Shown here: piece by piece, positions 37,292 to 46,986 of the stretch
How positions within the stretch are numbered: position 1 is the first letter of the stretch
Layout of the letters: each line of letters begins with the position of its first letter
Origin: Candidatus Saccharimonadota bacterium
GTDB lineage: Bacteria; Patescibacteriota; Saccharimonadia; Saccharimonadales; AWTP1-31
Length of the DNA: 64,000 nucleotides
Reading direction: 5' to 3'
NCBI GenBank assembly: GCA_052034955.1
Contig: JBPOHZ010000002.1
Span: 10,790-74,789, forward strand
The notes under the pieces: model-generated
The model's database searches: none
The model's input: only the letters and a program-made list of their open reading frames with translations
Told to the model about the DNA's origin: nothing
Position numbers and translations under genes: made by a program

Positions 37292-38782
37292 CTAATTTCG
37301 CCACAGGAATAGCGGCGCAACAAGTCGGCGACCAAATTCATTTAATGCGACTACAAAACTTTGTCCCTCAAAATACCAATCAGGATCACTGTAGTGAACA
37401 AACCCGGTAATCCCACCTCCAACCGAGAATAGAAGGAGTGATGACATCAGAATAGTTAGCTTTATAGCCGGGAACTTATACAGAGCGTGCTGATAGCCTG
37501 CGATAACCATAAGAATTATTGGCAGCAAAATTGGGTGCAGATACCGTCCGTTTATGGCTACCATCTGACCTAGATGCAAATAGTCATTATAGTTTCGGCC
37601 AATCAATGCCATCAGATATATTAGACTAACAAAAAGCAGTAACCCTAGGGCTTGGTCACCCCTTACGATTCTTTTAAAGTACCTGGCGGTCAGTATAAAT
37701 CCAGCAACCGATAAGATTGCCGCAGAGGCTGCCAACGGAATAGCTACCATGTTTACATAGCGTTTTGGACCAGTAGCCCCGTTAATGGTAAAGAATAGTC
37801 GGTAGAACATTCCGCCGATCCAATCTATTCCAAACTTAATTGGGTTAGGGCTGACACTAGGAGGCTGTTGAGCCAAGCTGTAATTCCTTTGCCAAGGTTC
37901 GAATGGCTCACATCGAACGGGATCGATTACCTGATGACATTGCACTACCGGATTACGATAAACAGCAATATTAACAGCGTAAAACCAGATAAATCCGGAG
38001 CTTAGTATCGCCATTACGAAGATTATTATTGGACGATGCCAATCAGCAATCTGTCGCCAGGAATTCTTAAATGACTTCCAAAAATTTCCAAACTTATGTT
38101 TGTAGGATCTATAGCCCACAAAAGCTAGATACAAAACTATGCCCAGTAGAATTGGTAAAAACGTAAACTTATTTAGGCAACCAAGAAGCGATAGGGCTAA
38201 AGCCCTTACAAGCATTAGGGCATCGGGTTTCTTATTTCTTAAACTTATCGACGCCTGGTAAGTAGCAAATAATGCGCCAGCTAGCAGAGGGAACTGCAGA
38301 TTATCATAATTTATCTGACCAGATAAAAGTGGAGCTGTTGGAATCATAATAAAGAATAAAAGTGCAGCCTGAACTGCCGATGCCGAGGCTTTGGTGCGTA
38401 GCAGTAAATTTCTAAAAATAAGAAGGCCAACACAGAACATCAGAGCACTAAGCATTCGAAGCGTAACAATGCGAGTGAACTCACTTACCCCGAGTGTATC
38501 TAGCAACCGGTAGGGGATACTAAGTATCCAATGATACAGCTGGGAAGGATCTCGTGTAACCGATCCGAAGGGCGCCGGCCCAGATGGCTGACTATACAAG
38601 ATCGGTGACCAAGTTTGACTATGTAGTTTTACAAGATTGTAATGATAGGCTTCATCAAAAGCCATTGGGTATCGAGACGATATTGCGAGCCAAACAGATT
38701 GAAGTCCAGCTAGCAGCACCACTAGATACCCAAAAACATTAGATGTCAGCAACCTAACGATTCTTTTATATAGTGTATTCAT
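37292..38782 (-). CDS. GT-C-fold membrane glycosyltransferase-like protein (ArnT/PMT/DUF2142-like)
   Basis: About 12 TM segments and an early-loop AFDEAYHY (DE..H) motif. Confidence 0.5.
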   Translation of the reverse strand: MNTLYKRIVRLLTSNVFGYLVVLLAGLQSVWLAISSRYPMAFDEAYHYNLVKLHSQTWSPILYSQPSGPAPFGSVTRDPSQLYHWILSIPYRLLDTLGVSEFTRIVTLRMLSALMFCVGLLIFRNLLLRTKASASAVQAALLFFIMIPTAPLLSGQINYDNLQFPLLAGALFATYQASISLRNKKPDALMLVRALALSLLGCLNKFTFLPILLGIVLYLAFVGYRSYKHKFGNFWKSFKNSWRQIADWHRPIIIFVMAILSSGFIWFYAVNIAVYRNPVVQCHQVIDPVRCEPFEPWQRNYSLAQQPPSVSPNPIKFGIDWIGGMFYRLFFTINGATGPKRYVNMVAIPLAASAAILSVAGFILTARYFKRIVRGDQALGLLLFVSLIYLMALIGRNYNDYLHLGQMVAINGRYLHPILLPIILMVIAGYQHALYKFPAIKLTILMSSLLLFSVGGGITGFVHYSDPDWYFEGQSFVVALNEFGRRLVAPLFLWRN

Positions 38783-38852
38783 CTAAATCCTTATGCTTAA
38801 GTATATCCCAGACCCAAAGATAAGCGATGTTATAGTGTCTACAGGAATTAAA

Positions 38853-39752
38853 ATGAAAATTATTGACGATCTAATCAAAAAAATCGACCGTATCCAGCAA
38901 AAACATTCTGTAATTGGTTTGCCTTACGCGGTCATTAAACGCTATGGTGATGACAAGATTGGCTACCAGGCAGCCCTAATAACTTACTACGGGTTTTTGT
39001 CTTTATTCCCATTGCTACTGGTAACGGCGTCAATCGTAAGTCTGGTCGTTCAGAACAACGAGCGGCTAGAACTTAGCATCATGTCCAACATTAGTAATTA
39101 TTTCCCGGTCATTGGCCAGCAATTAACTCAGAATATTCATGGTTCTAGCGAATCTGGTTTAGCCTTGATACTTGGGCTTCTTATTGCCCTGTATGGTGCC
39201 CGGGGAGGAGTTGACGCCTTTAAGAGTGCAGTTAACTACGTTTGGAAAGTCCCCAAAGAAAAGCAACCAGGATTTCCAGAGTCAATGCTAATAAGCATGT
39301 CTATGATTATCATCGGAGGCATCGGAATCTACTCGGCCGCCATACTTTCGACATATGCTTCTGGGCTAGGGGATACACTAGTATTTAATATCTTATCGAT
39401 TCTTGTAAGCTTCTTGGTTCTAGCCCCAACATTCTTCTTTCTGCTAACAGCCAGTCTAGGCACAGACACCGCAAATCGCAAAGATCGCTGGATTATGTCT
39501 GTTAGTAGCAGTATTGGCTTGTTGGTCATCCAGAGTTTCGGAGGTTATCTTATTGCTAATCAACTTCAAAAGCTAAGTCCACTTTATGGTACATTTGCAT
39601 TGGTGCTCGGTCTAATCTTCTGGATTTACCTTCAGGCGACTGTTGTTATGTACGCCACTCAAACCCGTTATATCAGAAGATATAATTTGTGGCCCAGAAG
39701 TTTAAGTGGCAAACTTCCGACAAACGCCGATAGACAATCTTCGTCCAAATAA
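38853..39752 (+). CDS. YihY/BrkB-family membrane protein
   Basis: IGYQAALITYYGFLSLFPLLLV and six TM segments. An alternative start is at 38793. Confidence 0.7.
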   Translation: MKIIDDLIKKIDRIQQKHSVIGLPYAVIKRYGDDKIGYQAALITYYGFLSLFPLLLVTASIVSLVVQNNERLELSIMSNISNYFPVIGQQLTQNIHGSSESGLALILGLLIALYGARGGVDAFKSAVNYVWKVPKEKQPGFPESMLISMSMIIIGGIGIYSAAILSTYASGLGDTLVFNILSILVSFLVLAPTFFFLLTASLGTDTANRKDRWIMSVSSSIGLLVIQSFGGYLIANQLQKLSPLYGTFALVLGLIFWIYLQATVVMYATQTRYIRRYNLWPRSLSGKLPTNADRQSSSK

Positions 39753-39767
39753 CTTACACTAGTATCA

Positions 39768-40778
39768 ATGAATTTGTTATTTAACTTTGCTTCCGCAGTC
39801 GCCGGGGAAGTCCATAGCTATCATGTGCCATGGTTTATGTATGCCTTGGTAGCTTTCGCTCTTGCTGGCTATACAGCAATCGAAATACACCACACCCGCA
39901 AAGATCACGAAATTAAATTCCCCGAGGCCGTTCGTTGGTCGGCATTCTATATTGCCATAGCCTTACTTTTTGCTATACCGGTGTTTGTTTTTATAAGTCA
40001 TCAAGCCGCAGGCGAGTATTTGGCTGCTTGGGCTATCGAAAAGGCACTAAGTCTAGATAATCTCTTTGTGATCGGCTTAATCTTTAGCAGTTTCGGGGTT
40101 AGTCGCAAGTTAGAGCGGCGAATGCTTAATTATGGAATTGCCGGTGCCATTGTTTTTAGGCTCATCTTTATTCTGGCCGGCCTAGAGCTTCTAAAGCGCT
40201 TTGAGTGGGTAAGTATTATCTTTGGAGTAATACTGGCTCGTGCAGCCTGGAAAGCCTTCCAGGAGGCCAGGGGCGGGGACGAGCTAGAGGAAGAAGTCGA
40301 GATCACCGACAAGAAACTATGGAAGGCCATGACCAAGGTTTTGCCTATCCACCACGAGTTTGTTGGCCACAAACTAACCACCAAGGTCAATGGTAAGCGC
40401 ATGCTCACCCTAATGGCCGCTGTTATTATATTGATCGAGCTCACCGACATCATCTTTGCCGTCGACAGCGTACCAGCGGTATTGGCAGTTAGCCCTGACC
40501 GCTTTATTGCTTATTCTAGTAACGTCTTTGCTTTGCTAGGGCTTAGGGCGTTGTTCTTTGTCTACCAATCGGTAGCCACCAAGTTCTGGGCATTGTCTTG
40601 GGCGCTATCTGGAATACTGGCCTGGATTAGCTTTAAGATGATCGCCGCACCACTTGGCCTTCACGTACCAGTAGTAATTAGCTTGATTGTTCTAGCCACC
40701 TTCCTGTTTGGAAGCATCTTTGTCTCTCTAAGGTGGCCAAAGAAGCTAAAAGAACACCCAATCCACATCGACGAATAG
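39768..40778 (+). CDS. TerC-family integral membrane protein
   Basis: EKALSLDNLFV and ELTDIIFAVDSVPAV signature pair. Confidence 0.85.
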   Translation: MNLLFNFASAVAGEVHSYHVPWFMYALVAFALAGYTAIEIHHTRKDHEIKFPEAVRWSAFYIAIALLFAIPVFVFISHQAAGEYLAAWAIEKALSLDNLFVIGLIFSSFGVSRKLERRMLNYGIAGAIVFRLIFILAGLELLKRFEWVSIIFGVILARAAWKAFQEARGGDELEEEVEITDKKLWKAMTKVLPIHHEFVGHKLTTKVNGKRMLTLMAAVIILIELTDIIFAVDSVPAVLAVSPDRFIAYSSNVFALLGLRALFFVYQSVATKFWALSWALSGILAWISFKMIAAPLGLHVPVVISLIVLATFLFGSIFVSLRWPKKLKEHPIHIDE

Positions 40779-40798
40779 CATCATGCTAAACTGAAGTA

Positions 40799-41518
40799 AT
40801 GACAGAATTAGACACTCTTCCCCAACAAGAAATTGAACGACCAATGGAAACTATCAATTCTGATTTTGAGATAGTTGGCACTATTCCAAATATAGACGAT
40901 ATTTGGGAAAGCGCTTATTTTGCGGATGGAATGCAATGGGAGGCGAGTGCTGTTTTTGACGAGGACCAACAACCAGTAATATCCAGAATTTCTTCGTCGA
41001 AATCTATTGACGGGTTTTTACACTCTGTTGACCTTGGCGAAGAAGTTAACGCAGAAGTATTCGGAATGCTGCTTCCAGCTTTGAGGATTGCAGATAGTGA
41101 CAGGAGAGCAACACATGGAAGAGACAAAACTGCAATTGGTATGTCTATTCGTGATCAAGTAGCTACTCCTGCTATGGGTCCTTTTAATCCAGAAACGAGT
41201 GACCGCATTCCACATACTGATGATTATTCAATTGGATTCTTAAGCGTTATTGGTGACCAAACAAAATATTGGAAAGGGGAATTCCAGGTTCCCGAAGGCG
41301 CAGATCGCGCAGAAAGAGTTCAATCTTTCGTGGATCAGGTACATACACAAGCAATGGTGCCAACCATTCCGGGAAGTGGTGACATTATTAGAATTGATAG
41401 AGATACTGTTCATGCCAACCCTTCTAACGACCCTGAAGTAGCAGGCAAAAGACGGATTTTTATGGTTTTTTCACCCGTCAGACCAGAAGACCCAAGATTC
41501 TCCCAGGATAACAAATAG
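40799..41518 (+). CDS. Hypothetical protein with an H-x-D...H arrangement
   Basis: IPHTDDY and, about 55 residues later, DTVHANP, then KRRIFMVFS. This might be a 2OG/Fe(II)-oxygenase-like facial triad, but the evidence is weak. Confidence 0.4.
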   Translation: MTELDTLPQQEIERPMETINSDFEIVGTIPNIDDIWESAYFADGMQWEASAVFDEDQQPVISRISSSKSIDGFLHSVDLGEEVNAEVFGMLLPALRIADSDRRATHGRDKTAIGMSIRDQVATPAMGPFNPETSDRIPHTDDYSIGFLSVIGDQTKYWKGEFQVPEGADRAERVQSFVDQVHTQAMVPTIPGSGDIIRIDRDTVHANPSNDPEVAGKRRIFMVFSPVRPEDPRFSQDNK

Positions 41519-41871
41519 TTGTAAAAAACAAACTTGTTTTGAGCCTTGGCCAGGAGCATAATTAGCTTTAGCAATATGGGTGCTGATTGGTGGGCAATTT
41601 ATTGGCCACTCAAACTTCCTACTCATAGGCTATAAATCGCCTGGGTCGCTACAGACCAAACAGGCAAAACTCGGGAAGCACACACACTAGACCATCGGTC
41701 CAAGCGTCACTGCCAACCCAAAAGAATTAGCTCACGGGCTTACATGAATGGTATTCGAACGGTTACCAGTCGTGGCTCGCAGCAGCTCCAATCTTTTTAC
41801 CGTTCGGTCAGCGTTACCTCAGTAACAAGCCTGGCAACTCTTCAATATTTATAACTTTCTGGAGCAAAACT

Positions 41872-42180
41872 ATGAGCATCACCCATTATCAAGACCAAAT
41901 CAAAAACCAAGACCAAGCTAAAACTTTTATCAACAAACAGGTCAATGTAAACTCTGTTTACTTTAGTGGTCGGAACAACTTCCGAAGCTTCCCACGCGAG
42001 ATTAGCTACGACAATCACCAAGTTACATTTGTTGAATCAGGTATGCGCTACTTGCTACAAAAAGGTCAAAAAGTTGTCCAATTATTCGACATGAGCGATG
42101 GCCAAAGCAACTACCGTCTTCAGTTTGATTCTTCTGATTTTACTTGGACACTGCTGAATATCTCTAGCTTGCCTCGCTAA
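41872..42180 (+). CDS. Hypothetical protein
   Basis: A 102-aa ORF following a 353-bp ORF-poor region. Confidence 0.45.
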   Translation: MSITHYQDQIKNQDQAKTFINKQVNVNSVYFSGRNNFRSFPREISYDNHQVTFVESGMRYLLQKGQKVVQLFDMSDGQSNYRLQFDSSDFTWTLLNISSLPR

Positions 42181-42285
42181 CGCGTCCCTCTTATACTGGC
42201 TGGCCATGAGGCGATTCCGCGATGCAGTTCTAAAGGCAGGGAAGATATATACCAGGACTTAAACAAACCGACTTTATGACAGTAC

Positions 42286-43287
42286 CTAGGATAGGGGAAG
42301 TTGAATCGTAAACGTTGTTAGGCCAGCTTTTGTGCTGGTAGCCATAATCTGACCATCATGACGATTTATTATATCTTTGGCTAACGCTAGGCCCAGCCCG
42401 TGGCCCTTGGGGTTGTGTGTCGTTGCCGATGGACCACGGTAAAATCTTTCGAATATCTTATCCAGATCTTTACGAGCAATCGGTTTTCCCATATTGGATA
42501 TATCAAGTATTGCCATGTCAGCGTTATTAACAAGCTTAATAGTAATCTTTGGATCATCTAGACCACTGTAGGTCACGGCGTTTTCGACGATAATGCCCAT
42601 TACCTGAGCGATTAATACCTTATCGAGTGATACGGTTATCCCTTTAGCTACATTGGCATTGATCTTTGTTTTGTACCTTTTAGATAAAAGTTTGATTTGG
42701 TCTAGTACTAGCTTAGACAAATTAGTATCATTTAGCTTTATCGATTCAGCATCGGTCCTGGTTAAGCCCAAGAGTTGGTCGCTTAGATTACGAAGCCGAG
42801 CGACCTCCTCTAGGTTACTTGCCAAGATATCTCGAGCCTCGGATTCTTCAAGCTTTTTGCTCCTTAGGGCTACCTCTATCTCGGTCTGCATAACAGCCAG
42901 GGGAGTCCTAAGTTCGTGACTAGCGTCAGCCGTAAAACGAGTTTGTGCAGAATGAGCATCCTCAATAGGCTTTAGAGTTCTGCGGGCAAACATAAAACTA
43001 GCTATTCCACCGACTCCAACAATTATGCCATTAATTAGCATCAGGGTAAGCAGTAGTTCATGTCGATCATCGGCCAGCTGCTTATCCCGCTGTCCTTCTA
43101 GTAATCGAACTACGCTGTCTGGGAAAATAGTATTGTCTAAATCTCTTACGACTTGAGTTTGGCGCTCGGCCCCTCGACGCAAGCGACTTGAAGCGACGCT
43201 ATACATCGGCAAGCTAAACAACAGGCAAACAATAACCAGTGCGCCAACATACCAAGCCGTGAGTTTAAATACTGCCGACCTAAACAC
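42286..43287 (-). CDS. Sensor histidine kinase
   Basis: Two TM segments, H-box DASHELRTPL, and HATPase N/G boxes. Confidence 0.9.
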   Translation of the reverse strand: MFRSAVFKLTAWYVGALVIVCLLFSLPMYSVASSRLRRGAERQTQVVRDLDNTIFPDSVVRLLEGQRDKQLADDRHELLLTLMLINGIIVGVGGIASFMFARRTLKPIEDAHSAQTRFTADASHELRTPLAVMQTEIEVALRSKKLEESEARDILASNLEEVARLRNLSDQLLGLTRTDAESIKLNDTNLSKLVLDQIKLLSKRYKTKINANVAKGITVSLDKVLIAQVMGIIVENAVTYSGLDDPKITIKLVNNADMAILDISNMGKPIARKDLDKIFERFYRGPSATTHNPKGHGLGLALAKDIINRHDGQIMATSTKAGLTTFTIQLPLS

Positions 43288-43961
43288 TAGCTAGTCCTCA
43301 AGCGATAGCCAAATCCGCGTACCGTTTCGATAATTGACTCATCATTTGGATTATCCAATTTCTTGCGTATGCCCCTAATAAATACTTCCACGGTGTTGGG
43401 CAAAATGTCTGATTCGAAGTTCCAGACATGCTCAATTAGCTGATCCTTGCTCCATACTTGTCCTGGATGATGCGCCAGATATTCTAGAAGGGCATATTCT
43501 TTTTTGCTTAGCTTGATTTCCTTACCATCAATAAATACCTGTTTAGCGGCAGTGTCGATCTGGAGTTTGTCGACCTTAATAGTCAGATCGACAGCTTGGG
43601 CTGGTCGCCGCACCAAGGCCCTGGTTCTAGCCAATAGCTCCTCGAAGTCAAAAGGCTTAACCAAGTAGTCATCAGCGCCGCTATCTAAGCCTACAACCTT
43701 GTCCTCTAGCTCACCCCTTGCAGTCAGCATCAACACTGGAGTTTTATTGCTAGACTTTCGAATTTCTCGACATATATCCAGACCATCTTTGTCTCCTGGC
43801 AACATCCTGTCCAGAATAATGACATCGTAATTCTCGGTCTCGGCATAGGCCAGCCCCTCTTCGTAGGCATGAAGCAGGTCAACGGCATAGCCGTCTTGCT
43901 CCAAGCCGGTCTTCATAGCTCGGCCTAGCTTTTGTTCGTCTTCTACAAGTAGTATTTTCAC
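43287..43961 (-). CDS. OmpR-family response regulator
   Basis: A receiver domain (DVIILDRMLPG...KPF) plus a winged-helix output (IETVRGFGYRL). Confidence 0.92.
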   Translation of the reverse strand: MKILLVEDEQKLGRAMKTGLEQDGYAVDLLHAYEEGLAYAETENYDVIILDRMLPGDKDGLDICREIRKSSNKTPVLMLTARGELEDKVVGLDSGADDYLVKPFDFEELLARTRALVRRPAQAVDLTIKVDKLQIDTAAKQVFIDGKEIKLSKKEYALLEYLAHHPGQVWSKDQLIEHVWNFESDILPNTVEVFIRGIRKKLDNPNDESIIETVRGFGYRLRTS

Positions 43962-44025
43962 TAGTTATTATTATACCTTGCTCTTGCTGAAAGCTGTCTG
44001 AACGCCAAGTGTTATAGTAGTAGTA

Positions 44026-45363
44026 ATGGTGGATATGCTTATTAATGTTTTTAGGCCCTCTAACGGGATAGACTGGATAGTTTGGCTTATCCTTTGTGTC
44101 CTACCTATTACGTCGCTTGTTTTACTTTACTTGTCTCACCGCTACCGAAAGTCGGTACGAAAACTCCAAACAATCGTCAACCGATACGACTCCGTCCACC
44201 AGTCAGCTAATGATTTTATGGACACCATGGCTGCCTACATGCCAAGTGTCATGTCTAGTACCTTGTCCTCACTTGAGCAAGTCCAATCGCTAGGTCTTTC
44301 ATCGGCAGAGTACCTTAGCGAGCTAAAGTCCCGGCTAGAGGCTCTTACTAAACTTACCAAGCAAATAGAAATCGAGAATACCAGTTCCGAGGCAAAGACA
44401 GATACCAAAAACCAGATTATCTTCGGAAAAAGGCCAAACATCCTAAAGAGCTGGACATACTGGCTAGCTATAGCTCCCGTAATTCTGTCTATCGCCTCCC
44501 TAAACTCTATTGTATCCACCGACTTAACTCCTTTTACTCAAGCCGGGGTTCTGGTTTTTGATATTCTACTGTTTACAGCGGTCTACAGTAGGTACGGCCT
44601 TGCAAAATCATCATTACTGCGCGCCGAAAAATATGCGTCGCTTAAGGTGTCGTCCTATGAAGCGAGACGAATATTCATCTACGATACCGGCAACACAATT
44701 ATTAATCATCAGCTAGAGATGATGAAAGATAGTCAAAAGTTAACTGCCATACCCCAAGCTCGAGGCTTCTTTAACGGGCTAGTTATGTTGTCAAAGCTTG
44801 GTAACGGTACATTATCGGTATATAGAGCAGGATCGATGGATAGTCAGGCACCACTATTCTCGGTAGATATTTTCCTGCAAAAGCTAATCGACAAAAGATA
44901 TCGACCGGCTGCCACCGAAAGACATCTAACCCTACATTCCGAAATCGGCAAAGGTTTGGCCTTTCAAATCTACCCCAAAGACTTTACCGAGCTAATAGAT
45001 AATCTAGTAAGCAACGCAATATCAAACAGTAAGCCAGGCACCAAGGTAGTAGTTAAGGGTCGAAATCGACGCGATAAAATCGTCATCAGCATAACAGACA
45101 CCGGAAACGGAATGGATCGCAAGCAGCTGGAATATCTCTTCAGTCATCATCGGGTAGGGCAGGCCGAGAATGAACCGTTTACTAAAGTAAGTTTAGGGTT
45201 ACTTATCTGCAAAGTAATTGTCTGTCGAGTCGGTGGGGAACTAAAGATTGCCAGCAAACCCGGCAAGGGAACCGTTGCTACGATTGTTGCTCCCCGAAAA
45301 CAAACGCAACTAAAACTGTCTATTCCAAGACATATAACAACCAGAAGCGGCTCACTGGGCTAG
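44026..45363 (+). CDS. Membrane histidine-kinase-like protein with an atypical DHp region
   Basis: HATPase_c N box DNLVSNAISNS, G1 DTGNGMD and a G2-like region. There is no canonical H-box, and the only candidate is INHQLEMM. Confidence 0.6.
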   Translation: MVDMLINVFRPSNGIDWIVWLILCVLPITSLVLLYLSHRYRKSVRKLQTIVNRYDSVHQSANDFMDTMAAYMPSVMSSTLSSLEQVQSLGLSSAEYLSELKSRLEALTKLTKQIEIENTSSEAKTDTKNQIIFGKRPNILKSWTYWLAIAPVILSIASLNSIVSTDLTPFTQAGVLVFDILLFTAVYSRYGLAKSSLLRAEKYASLKVSSYEARRIFIYDTGNTIINHQLEMMKDSQKLTAIPQARGFFNGLVMLSKLGNGTLSVYRAGSMDSQAPLFSVDIFLQKLIDKRYRPAATERHLTLHSEIGKGLAFQIYPKDFTELIDNLVSNAISNSKPGTKVVVKGRNRRDKIVISITDTGNGMDRKQLEYLFSHHRVGQAENEPFTKVSLGLLICKVIVCRVGGELKIASKPGKGTVATIVAPRKQTQLKLSIPRHITTRSGSLG

Positions 45364-45366
45364 GTT

Positions 45367-46293
45367 TTAGAACCAGCGATTTTTCTTAAAGTAAACGGCC
45401 ACAGCCCCGATAAGGATAGCGGTAATCGATAGTATTATCCAAAATGCATTTGGATTATGAGCAGCAGGTAGATTTATGTTCATGCTATAAATACCGGTTA
45501 TGAGCGTAAATATACCCATAAGTATGGTTATGCTGGTCATCAACTTAAATACCTTATTTAAGTTATTGGCAGTAATTGTACTGTAGGCCTCACGTATGTT
45601 TCGAAGGGTATTCAATCTAGATTGAGCCAACTGTGTTAACTCCTGGGCACCCAAAGTTAGATCTTCGATCAAGTCTTTATCTTCTTCGTAGAGCCTCATA
45701 AACCGACCATTTAAAAGTGTTTTCAAAACAGCCGCCATTGGCTCTAGTACCAACAAGAAGTCGTTCAAGTCTTCTTCTATGTCAATGAAAGCAATAAAAT
45801 CTTCGTTGGCGATTTGATGTTTGTTAAGTTGTGCACGACTTTGCCAAATACGGCGACTCGCAATGTTAATACGTCGTTTATAGCCATTATTAACTTCACT
45901 AATTATCTGTAGGACAAGCTGTGCACGCTTACTGGTGACAACTTCATATCTAGGCGACAATAGAATATCTAAACTCGTAAATGGTCGTTCGCAAATCGTA
46001 ATTACTACCCCTTTGGCGTAGACAATCAAAAGGGGAGCGGTAGTCATCTTCTCGGCTTCGGGTAAGCAGAATCGGGTATAAATAAAAGTCGCGTCGCCGT
46101 CTCGCTCTATACGAGGTGACTCATTAGGGTCTACACCGTCTCGAAGCAAATCAACATCTAGACCATATTCAACACCAATTTTTACAAGATCCTCTTCTTG
46201 TGGGGCCTCGAGATGAATCCAAGAACCATCAACAACATCTTTAAGTTCTTCTAATACTGGCGACTTTGCCGAGCGGTGAAATATTCTTACCAT
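45367..46293 (-). CDS. corA: CorA-family divalent cation transporter with YSMN in place of YGMN
   Basis: Overall CorA architecture. The C-terminal TM pair is separated by GIYSMNINLP, and the Ser codon AGC was read directly from the DNA. Confidence 0.75.
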   Translation of the reverse strand: MVRIFHRSAKSPVLEELKDVVDGSWIHLEAPQEEDLVKIGVEYGLDVDLLRDGVDPNESPRIERDGDATFIYTRFCLPEAEKMTTAPLLIVYAKGVVITICERPFTSLDILLSPRYEVVTSKRAQLVLQIISEVNNGYKRRINIASRRIWQSRAQLNKHQIANEDFIAFIDIEEDLNDFLLVLEPMAAVLKTLLNGRFMRLYEEDKDLIEDLTLGAQELTQLAQSRLNTLRNIREAYSTITANNLNKVFKLMTSITILMGIFTLITGIYSMNINLPAAHNPNAFWIILSITAILIGAVAVYFKKNRWF

Positions 46294-46378
46294 ATAGGTC
46301 CTTTTGGTTTTATGAGATCTTAAGTCTAAGTATACGCCATCCAGATTATCGATGCCAGATATCTGTTAAACTGAACCT

Positions 46379-46981
46379 ATGTCCAATAAACCATTTAGTA
46401 AAGACTTGGAAATATGGCTCAACAGTAAAGGTCCCAAAACTGTAGGTGATCTTCAAGATGTATTTGGCGAGAAAAGCTTTGCAATATTGTTTTTGATATT
46501 CATGTTTATTCCAGCATTGCCAATACCAACTGGTGGAATAACCACCGTTATTCTGGTGCCAACAGTCATTGTTGGGGCAACTCAAATGATTTTTGGTCGT
46601 AGGTCTCTGTGGCTACCGTGGTTTATGAAACGCACAAAGCTTGGCGATAAATCACTTAAGCAGGGCCTTCCATTTATGATCAAACGTATTCAGTGGCTAG
46701 AAAAATTCTCTCGTCCACGTTTATCTAATATTTTTGACAAAGCCTTGTTTAGATCACTAGCTGGATTTAGTGTAGTAATCTTCGCCCTAGGTGTTGGACT
46801 AGCTCCACCGTTCTCATGGTTAGATACTCTCCCAGCCATGGCGGCAGTCTTGGTAGCATTATCTATTATTCTAGAAGATATTTCTTTCTTTATTGCCGGC
46901 CTGATTACCGGCACGGTTGGCGTAGCTTTAATAATTGTCTTCTTTGATCTAGTTATCAATTTCGTACAAAAACTCTTTTAG
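46379..46981 (+). CDS. ExoD-family membrane protein
   Basis: GEKSFAILFLIFMFIPALPIPTGGIT is characteristic of the family. Confidence 0.7.
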   Translation: MSNKPFSKDLEIWLNSKGPKTVGDLQDVFGEKSFAILFLIFMFIPALPIPTGGITTVILVPTVIVGATQMIFGRRSLWLPWFMKRTKLGDKSLKQGLPFMIKRIQWLEKFSRPRLSNIFDKALFRSLAGFSVVIFALGVGLAPPFSWLDTLPAMAAVLVALSIILEDISFFIAGLITGTVGVALIIVFFDLVINFVQKLF

Positions 46982-46986
46982 ATAAA

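Noticed and set aside
41519-41871. tmRNA (smpB is in the window), RNase P RNA or SRP RNA in the 353-bp gap
   Set aside because: I could not find a tRNA-Ala-like acceptor and T-arm pairing of the ends, an ...ALAA-type tag reading frame, the GGAGGAAAGTCCGG-type RNase P core, or the SRP GGAA/AGCA helix-8 motifs. It is kept only as an unclassified candidate.
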